A stretch of 64,000 nt of DNA from Octopus sinensis (Eukaryota), in contig NC_043001.1 in NCBI RefSeq assembly GCF_006345805.1, positions 129,084,001 to 129,148,000 on the forward strand. Reading direction: 5' to 3'. The notes beneath the pieces are model-generated. The model did not search any database. It was not told the DNA's origin and saw only the letters and a program-made list of their open reading frames with translations. The translations under genes and the position numbers were made by a program. This document shows, piece after piece, positions 54,492 through 64,000 of this stretch. Every line of letters starts with the position of its first letter. Within the stretch, counting starts at the first letter, position 1.

Positions 54492-54608
54492 GTAATAATA
54501 ATAATGATAATAATAATGATGATGATGATGATGATAATGATGATGATGATGATGATGATGATAATAATGATGATGATGATGATGATAATGATGATGATGA
54601 TGATGATA

Positions 54609-54657
<49 letters not shown>

Positions 54658-55108
54658 CGATGATGATAATAATAATAATAATAATAATAACCCTTTCTAT
54701 TATAGGCACAAAATAATAACAACAACAACAATCTTAACAACAATAATGTAGTATTTTTTTAATATATTTGTTCATATGCTTGTTGTTTTTCATTAAAGGC
54801 ATTGATAATAATGGTAAAATTGATAATCATGATGACAGTGTAATGATGATGATGATGATGATATGATGATGAAGATAATAATAATATTGATGATGATGAT
54901 GATAATAATAATAATAATAATAATAATAATATAATAATAATAATAATAATAATAATTATTATTATTATTATATTATTATTATTATTATCATGGTGGTGAT
55001 GATGATGAAAATAATATGAATGGTGATGATGAGAATGATAATGATAGTGATGATGATGGTAACAACAACAACAACAATAATAATAATAAGAATTATTATT
55101 ATTATTAC

Positions 55109-55160
<52 letters not shown>

Positions 55161-55165
55161 ATGAT
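54190..55165. repeat. Compound (ACC)/(ATA)/(ATG)/(TTA) trinucleotide arrays
   Basis: Direct inspection. Confidence 0.95.
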
Positions 55166-56101
55166 AATAATGCTGACAGTGACTGACAACAAAAGGTTAA
55201 ATGAGAGATTTTAGGATGCAATTAAGAAAAAATTTTTCTTGGTGGGGAGGTAAAAATTCATAAAGAAACATTATATATACATGTTATGTATATACATACA
55301 TACATACATACATATATACACGCACACATTTTTTCTTCAAAAATTGTTTTTGGTTACCTTTTTTTCTTATTATTTTCGCTATTTTTTCATGTTCATTTCT
55401 CTGTTGAATTAATTTGTTCAGGTAACAACAACAACAACAACAACAGACCGCCCCCCCACACTTCTCTACACTCACCAAAGAATGGAATAGAATAAAATAA
55501 AACACAACACAAAAATAAGAACAAGATAAATAAGAAAGACTGTATGATTATGTTTAACAAACATGTTAAAATATGTGTCTCAATGATGAGAAAAGTATTT
55601 CGCTAGGTGACGGCATGGGTCGATAATAAGGTAGAAGGTGCTACAGTAGATGGTAGTGGTGGTGATGGCGGTGATGGTGGTGGTGGTGGTGATGGTGGTG
55701 GGGGATTGCTTAGTTTTGATTGGTTGTTTACTAGATTTTTATTTTACAGGAAAAAAGAAAAAAAGAAAAAATGGATGGTGGTGGCAGTGGGGAGGAGTGG
55801 TGGGTGTTCAGGGGGGGGGTTGTAAATTAGTGATTAGAGTACCTGCCTTTCAATCTCCACGAAGAATTATCAATGATTATCATTGTCATGTATGTATGTT
55901 GTTGTTGCTGCTGTTATTGTTGCTTAGTACCAGATTGGACTGGATTGAGTGGATCCATGGTCAAATAAATAATCAAAGATAACCCAGCTGGAACTGTCCC
56001 ATCTCTTATTCTGGAACTGTCCCATCTCTTATTCATATTCAAAGAATATAAGGATTAGATTATATCATTTAAAGATGGGCCAGTTTTAAAGACAGTCAGG
56101 T

Positions 56102-56162
<61 letters not shown>

Positions 56163-56260
56163 TATATAATTAGGGTTCAGCAACGATTTGCTTCACCACA
56201 TACTGAAGTTTAGAAATACTCTTTTTTCCACCTTGTTTCACATTTATGTGTTTACTCCAG

Positions 56261-56304
<44 letters not shown>

Positions 56305-56842
56305 GCAAATGAAAGATGGAAGATGGAATATACGAGAATTTATTATTAATCACAATTGTTTTGACACATCTAGCATTGATCCCTCACAGGTGGGATACTC
56401 AACAACTGGTTCAGGAGCATCTGGTGGTGCAGATGTATCTCATTGGGTGAAAGATAGACACAACTCGTTAAAATAACAGTTCCACAATGTAACTTCTTAT
56501 TTTGTAGAGAAAAAAGAAGACAGACAGAGAAAATATCTTCATTTATATAGAAGATCAAAAATAAAATCATAGATGGAAAACAGAGAAACAAACATGCAAT
56601 GCAGTGAGAAAAGTATTAACAATAACCGTTAACAAATATGGATGTATAAAGGCCTTTGGACAAGTTACATGGCACGAGTACAATCACTCATACAAGTATT
56701 CGCAAAAATGTGAGCATACGCAGACGTGAGGTTTGGTGCACTCATGATCACAAAGTGAGTTACCTATCTACTTGGCATTTGTAAGAATGGGGAAGTTAAA
56801 AGTAAACAGTTACTCAAAATTCATTCCCACTGCATTCATATG

Positions 56843-57100
56843 TTGGGCCTCACAGAGGCTATAACCAAGACCTTTGGCATTATGTCGTGCTTGAGTAGAA
56901 GACCCATCAAACTGCACAAAATTACAGTCATGGCAGATATTGGTGTCACGTAAATGGTTGGTGTTAGGAAGGGCATCCAGCTGTAGAAAACCATGCCAAA
57001 TCAGACTGGAGCCTGGCACAGCCTTCTTGTGTGCCAGCCCTGTCAAACTGTCCAATCCATACCAACATGGACAACGGATGTTAAATGATGATGATGATGA
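56843..57100 (+). mobile_element. RTE LINE 3' end: ORF2 C-terminal codons joined to the family D UTR
   Basis: ttgggcctcacagaggct (LGLTEA)...gacctttgg, then ggaagggcatccagc...gttaaatgatgatg; links family D to RTE. Confidence 0.7.
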
Positions 57101-57714
57101 TTTAAATATATGTATATGAGTTATAAGGTAGTGAGATCAATTCCTGGATCATGCAGCAAATTGTGTCCTTACTCCAGTCTACCCAACTGAAAATGAACAA
57201 TGGGCAAGTACTGGTGCAGCTCCCCCACCTCTCTCTCTCTCTTCCATCAGCTGTCACGCTTTGGAATTGCCAGAGTGTCAAAGAGTGAGAGAGTCAAGAG
57301 CGTGTCTGTGTCTGCTCCATGACTACATATGCCAATTAGTCCAGAGAGTGTAGTGAGTGCAATTTATTGTGGCAACAGCACTAGAAATAGTGACAAATTC
57401 TTGACAAGATTAAAGGATCTTCTTGACCCCTATGACCCTGCCTGCTTACAACCCACTTTACAGAGTATTCTGGGTAGATTTATAGTGACACCTATACTGG
57501 TAGGGTTTCCCACCCACACACTTATATGCACAAATGCACATACAAATAATAACACACCCATACACATATGCATATATGTATACATACACACATATGACAG
57601 GATCATGTTTATGTCTATTTGCCTTACTTGGTATTTCAATGTTCTTCAGAAAAATAAAAAATCAGAATTTTCAACAATATCACCTCCCACTATTTAATCT
57701 TTAAAATTATTTTC

Positions 57715-57766
57715 ATTATTATCATTTTTATTATTATTATCATTTTCATTATTATTATTATTATTA

Positions 57767-57807
<41 letters not shown>

Positions 57808-57955
57808 CATTATTATTATTATTATTATTATCATTTTTATTATTATTATTATTATATATTATTATTATTATTATTATTATTATATTATTATATTATTATT
57901 ATTATCATTATTATTATTATTTTCATTATTATCATTTTTATTATTATTATCATTT

Positions 57956-58013
<58 letters not shown>

Positions 58014-58130
58014 CATTATTATTATTATTTTCATTATTATCATTTTTATTATTATTATATTATTATCATTATTATTATTATTATATTATATTATTATTAT
58101 TATTATTATATTATTATTATTATTATCATT
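57715..58130. repeat. (TTA)n array with recurrent tcattttt interruptions
   Basis: Direct inspection. Confidence 0.95.
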
Positions 58131-58416
58131 TTTGTTGTTGTTATTGTGAGCAGTAGCAGAAAATCAGTAATAATATTTCTTGCTCAGTCACCCAAATTTA
58201 AATAGATTTAAATACAATTTGTTTAAAATTTCATTAAATTTATGGATAATAGTTTTCAAAAAAATATAAAATATACCAAAATGATAAAAAAAAAAAAGAT
58301 GTTGAAGCATTGCATATATGTGTGCGTGCCTGTGTGCATGTGTATGCGCTTGTGCACGTTGTTTGTGTTGTGTGTGTATGTGCACATTTATATATCTATG
58401 TATACTTACAAATACT

Positions 58417-58499
<83 letters not shown>

Positions 58500-58988
58500 G
58501 CATACACATATACATACACATATTTACATACATACACACATATATATATATACATATATGCATGCATATATATATATACACATATCTGGGAATTTATACA
58601 AATATACACAAACGCATGTATATGCACAAGCTCACAAATACACATGCATATAAGCACATAAATCACACAGACACACCTATACAATACAAGCATACATACA
58701 TACATACATGTGCATGTATGAATATGAGCAACCTCCATGTCACTTTGTTCTTATCAACTCTAAGTTTCAAGTTTCCACCTTCCAGACTAAGGAACCCTAC
58801 TGTCAACCCGCATCCTTCCGTCAAGTCCCACTCTCTATATTTGACATAGCACTTACCATCACATGGTCTGGAGTTCAGCGCTTTTGTGTGACACCTCCTT
58901 TAGCAATTGTTTTGTTTCTACAACAGTTTCAGGTGAGCAATGCCCTATGAGTGAATTTGGTACAAGGAAGCTACATGGAAGCCTGTCA

Positions 58989-59039
<51 letters not shown>

Positions 59040-59061
59040 GTATGTATATATATATATATAT

Positions 59062-59092
<31 letters not shown>

Positions 59093-59129
59093 TTCATTTC
59101 ATCTTTCATTTCATTTACTTTCAGCTCAC

Positions 59130-61265
59130 GAGCTGTGGCCACTCACTATGGTTTGTGTTTGAACAACACCTTATCTGTCTTGAACTACTACGTTTCACAC
59201 AGTTTCCAATGCCACACTTTTGCTACCTCATCATTTTGCCACAACTTACATTGGTTTTGGGCATATGAAGGGCATTCATTCACAATAGGGGAAATGGTTT
59301 CATCAAATCCATAACAAACTTGGCACTATGGAGACACTTGCTAATTTCTATGATTAGGAGTTTTCTTGCCTTCCTGTCCAACTCCTTTAGCTCATCCTCT
59401 GTCCACTTCAGAATTCCAGCTCCATACTAAACCACTGTAACTGCACATGGGTTTATTGCTGAAATTATATTTCTAGCATTGAACTTTAAATCCAATATCT
59501 TTCTCAATGGCTGCAGATATGTCTTTTCTTACATATCACTATGCTTAATTCCATCCGCTTCAAGTATTCCTAGGTATCTGTATTTGGATTCAGGCTCAGT
59601 TGCTTTCATCATATACTTATACCTTCTATTCTGATAAACTTTCACTGTCTCATCACCATCCCAGCACATTATAAAAGTCCAAATTCGGTCTGGATATCAT
59701 GTGAGAAAATCCGCACAGAATGGACAAGGCTGTCCAGTTCTTTCCCCGTTTTTGCGAACACCTTCAAATCATCCACAAATAGCAAGTTATTAAGCTTTCC
59801 TTTGCCACTTTCCAGATCATATCCCAACTTTGTCTTCAGTAGTATTTCACTCAAAGGAATCGTCCCCAACACAAAGGTCAATGGGGACACACTATTCTCT
59901 TACAAGATTCCCCTCCTAATTTTCACATCTCCTAACACATGATTCTTTGCTGTCAGTTCCCTTCTCTAATATTTCATACTGTTCCATAGCAGAAAAGCAT
60001 CCCATGTTTTCTGCTACTCCATACATTTTAATAGTTCTTGTTATTCAAGATGGTAGTAGTGGTATCATATTGAATGCTTTACAATAATCAATCCACACCA
60101 TGCTCAAATTTGTACAACTTCTCTTGCAGATTTTGCTTTTGTTCCTTAGGTTCTTTTTCGACATCCTTTCTGTCTAGTCAGTAGCAGCCCACTTTTTTCT
60201 AAGTATCTTTACAATTTACCAGTCAAAACACCTGGCAGTAGTTTCTACATTAATGGAAGATATGCTATTGGTCATCATCATCATCATCATCATCATCATC
60301 GTTTAGCATCCGCTTTCCATGCTGACATGGGTTGGATGGTGCAACTGGGGTCTGGGAAGCCAGAAGGCTGCACCAGGCCCAGTCTGATCTGGCAATGTTT
60401 CTACGGCTGGATGCCCTTCCTGACGCCAACCACTCCATGAGTGTAGTGGGTGCTTTTTACGTGCCACCGGCATGGAGACCAGACGAGGCTGGCAAACGGC
60501 CACGATCGGATGGTGCTTTTTACGTGCCACCGGCACAGAAGCCAGTCGGGGCGGCGCTGGTAACGGCCACGTTCCGATGGTTCTCTTATGTGCCACGGGC
60601 ACTGGTATCACAGCTACAATTTCCATTGATGCTGATCGATTTTGATTTTTGATTTTGATTTTGATTTTCAAAAGTTGGATACAATGTTACCCTTTTCAAG
60701 GTCCTTAACACAAAGCAATGTCTTTCTCTTTGTCATTCAGTTGGGCATTGAACCTTCCTGCAAGCATTTATTCAGCTGCTCTGCTATCCTTTCATTGAGC
60801 CTTCTCAGCTTCTTCATCACATCCTTGGACACCATTTGGACCTTGGCTCTTCCAATTTGGTATTATACTTACCTGTCTTTTTATCTTCTCTGTATTTATT
60901 TTTAAGTTGTTTTGACCTTGTATATTTCTTAACCTGTCTTGGATTTCCTGCAGCCACTCTGCATTATCATTATGCTCCACAAGTTCATCCCAGATTCCCA
61001 ATCAAAAGGTTCTGCTTTCATCTGCATCAATTACCAACATCAGGTGTAATTGCCCATCTAATTCCTCAAACAGTTTTCTCTGATTGGCTTCAAACAACCT
61101 ATTCTGTGCAAATTGTTTTCTTCTATAGTCACATCTTTCCAATTTTGCCTTGATTGCTTCTACTCTTTGTTTCAATTCTTTCAATATGACATCATATCAT
61201 TTATCTTTTACTCTATGTGTTCTTTCCAACCTTATTCTTATGCTTTCATACTGCAACTCCTCTAT
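59130..61265 (-). mobile_element. R4/Dong-clade LINE RT fragment, decayed, split by a family D insertion
   Basis: KELKQRV...QNRLFEANQ, WDELVEHNDNAEWL, PNWKSQGPNGVQG, MVWIDYCKAF, LSPLTFVL...LLFVDDLK, YRYLGILEAD. Confidence 0.92.
60272..60668 (-). mobile_element. Family D (RTE 3' UTR) nested in the R4 RT
   Basis: Splits the motif GNIVSNF|(R)PIAYLPLM. Confidence 0.85.
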
Positions 61266-61270
61266 TTTCA

Positions 61271-61312
<42 letters not shown>

Positions 61313-61313
<1 letters not shown>

Positions 61314-61869
61314 AGTGAGAGAGCAGTGCATGCCATCAAAGTGACACTGGGGTAAAATATACGAAACCCAGTATACCCATCATGACTACCCATCTGATAA
61401 GGGTACACCAGGCATATGCATCACAACCATATGTATGTGACATGGTGATCTTATATCAAGATAAACAGCACATGACCTTGCAGGTGGGGCCCACTTAGAA
61501 TTTTCTTCAGGTCGAGTAACCCATCCTGCTCAAAAGGTCCCTGAATAAGGATTGTTTAAGGATGTAGAACGAAACACCTATGTTTCCAGAGATGAATCAT
61601 TCAAACCCCAAAGAATCCCTCTCAACACATGGCTATGATGCTCCCCCACTACTTCTGCTTGTGATCAGAGATGCACATATCATCAGGCACTAAGGGACAT
61701 GCTCAACTGGTTAAGGTCAAACAACTGACAAGCAAATCTGTGGTATTGAGCAAAATATTTGCTGTAGCCCTTCTTTTATACCAAGACAAAACAATGTACA
61801 TGATAACACTTCTAATCAGTTAAGATCAGAAGCCATGAGAGCCACTGCCTGGTACTGCATCAGGGCATT
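61313..61869 (-). mobile_element. Family E ~555-bp element, full length, in (TTA)n
   Basis: Reverse complement of 36470-37025. Confidence 0.9.
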
Positions 61870-61873
61870 TATT

Positions 61874-61904
<31 letters not shown>

Positions 61905-62299
61905 TTATTATTTGATCTGACATTATTGTGAGCTGGCAGAATTGTTAAAAACACTGAGAAAAATGTTTGGTGGCATTCATTCCAGCTCTTTAACATCCTG
62001 CCAGTGAATTATAAATCCCACCAAAGTCAAATCTGCTTTTCATACTCCTGGGGTTGATAAAATAAAGTACCCACCACATACTGAAATCATCATAATCAAT
62101 TGTTTTCTCCGTCTCATACTAAGAAGTGGTTCAGCAAGCACTTGTTACTGTGAACAGCAAAAATAATTCACAAATCACACACTGCCGTTTTTTAAATTAA
62201 AAGAAAAGATGGGAAGGTCATGGCTGGAATAACATTAATTATAGAGCTGCTCAATCAAAAGGTTTGCTTGCATTAAACAACTACAATAATCATGGTGGG

Positions 62300-62904
62300 T
62301 ATCACAATTCCCAACAAAAAAACCCGAGCACCAGAATCAGCATCACCACCATCATTATCATCACCACTAACATTATTTCTACATACACCAGCAATAGTAT
62401 CATCATCATCATCCTCATCCTCCTCCTCCTCATCATCACCACCACTACACAACCAGCATTAACACCACAACCACTGTCACCTTCACCACTGACACTACCA
62501 GCAGCAGTAGCAGCAGCACCACCACCACCACCACTACTACCACCATCACACAACCAGCATTAACACCACCATCACCACATCACCGTTAATGGCATCACTA
62601 CCAATTTCATTATCACCATCAGGAACACCACCGGCATCAGCATCACCACCATCGTCATCAACAGCATCAGCATCCCCATTTTCATTATCCCCACCACTAG
62701 CACTAACACCTACGCCATCAGCATAATGATCATCACCACAATTACTACCGCCTATGCCATCAACATCAAATCAAATACCACCACTAGTGTTAAGAATGTC
62801 ACCCAAACCACCACCATAGCAACAACAGCATCATCATCATCATCATCGTCGTCGTCATCATTGTCGTTGTCATCATCATAATCATCATTATTGTTGTTGT
62901 TGCT

Positions 62905-62936
<32 letters not shown>

Positions 62937-63998
62937 CGTCATCGCCACTAATACGATGTCAACAACGTCAACAACAATATGGTAAAATAACTAATGAATC
63001 TCTTCTTCTCATCTTTCTTCCTCATCCATTATATAACAACAACAACAACAACGGCAACAACAACAATAGGAATATCAGCAACACCAGTACTATCATTAAT
63101 GCAAACACTGAAACAACTGCAACCCCCAATACCACCAAACACCATCACAGGCACTACCACAACCACTAGCATAAACATTACCACCAACACCATCACAACC
63201 ACAAAAGTACTACCATCACCACCAAACTACTACTACCACCCCCACCACCACCACGATCATCATCATCATCATCCACATCATCACTACCACCTCCAATACC
63301 ACCACTAATATGATAAAAGTATGCAAATTCACATTACGTCACCACCACCACCACCATCACTAGAGGCACTACCACAGCCACCAGCATTAACATCACCACC
63401 GACACCATCATAACCACCAACACTATGACTACCTACACTACCACCACCACCACCACCACTAACACCATCACAACCACCGAAACTTCTACCACTACTACCA
63501 CCACCACAACCACTACCACCACTACTAGCATAAACATTGCCACCACCACCACCACTGCTGCCATCTTCATCCACACCATCACTACCACCTCCAATACCAC
63601 CACTAAATATGATAAACTTCACATTACATTACTACCACCACCACCACCACCACTAACACCCTCACAACCACCAAAACTTCTACCACTACTACCAGCACCA
63701 CTACTAGCATAAACATCGCCACCACAACCACCACCACCACCACCACCACCACCAACACCACCACCACCACCACCAGCTAGCATAACCAACATCAACACCA
63801 TAAGGGCATAACAAACATCACTACCACTACCCCCACAACTATCATCATCATCATCATCCTCATCATCACCACTGCCACCGACACCACCACTAATATACCA
63901 AACATAAACACCATCACAACACAACATCCACACCACCAACATGACTAACAATGACACGACTAACAGTAACATGATGACAACGACGACGACCACCACTG
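62300..63998. repeat. Degenerate (ACC/ACT/ATC) array with cryptic higher-order repeats
   Basis: catcactaccacctccaataccaccactaa at ~63278 and ~63578; ctagcataaacat recurs three times. Confidence 0.85.
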
Positions 63999-64000
63999 CC

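Noticed and set aside
63329-63996. Gly-rich minus-strand or Thr-rich plus-strand ORFs as structural or mucin-like protein
   Set aside because: Explained by the (ACC)n triplet array; frames shift between blocks; no signal peptide or splice support

Overview
Repeat-dense, AT-rich animal genomic DNA. The SINE and LINE content and the (TA)n/(TAA)n/(CA)n/(ACC)n load resemble an octopus or coleoid cephalopod genome; this is recalled family resemblance, not a database result. I can support no intact host protein-coding gene, rRNA or tRNA gene, and almost all tracked ORFs are translated microsatellites. Supported content: (1) a decayed, internally deleted Ty3/Gypsy LTR element with both LTRs, PBS and PPT (37195-40985); (2) a 5'-truncated D,D34D mariner (46244-47202) and a separate mariner-derived MITE; (3) several R4/Dong-clade LINE fragments embedded in (TAA)n, including a ~2.1 kb RT fragment; (4) RTE, CR1 and CRE LINE fragments; (5) three tRNA-headed SINE families, called A, B and C here; (6) Penelope-like terminal fragments carrying minimal hammerhead-ribozyme-like motifs. 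The most unusual structures are a perfect spacer-less 132-bp palindrome with a hammerhead-like core (24705-24836), a 10-unit ~184-bp SINE multimer that appears to be seeded by self-insertion (17632-19710), an unclassified ~555-bp element found three times only in (TAA)n arrays, and a near-identical 1.18-kb tandem duplication. Most boundaries are approximate, read by eye.
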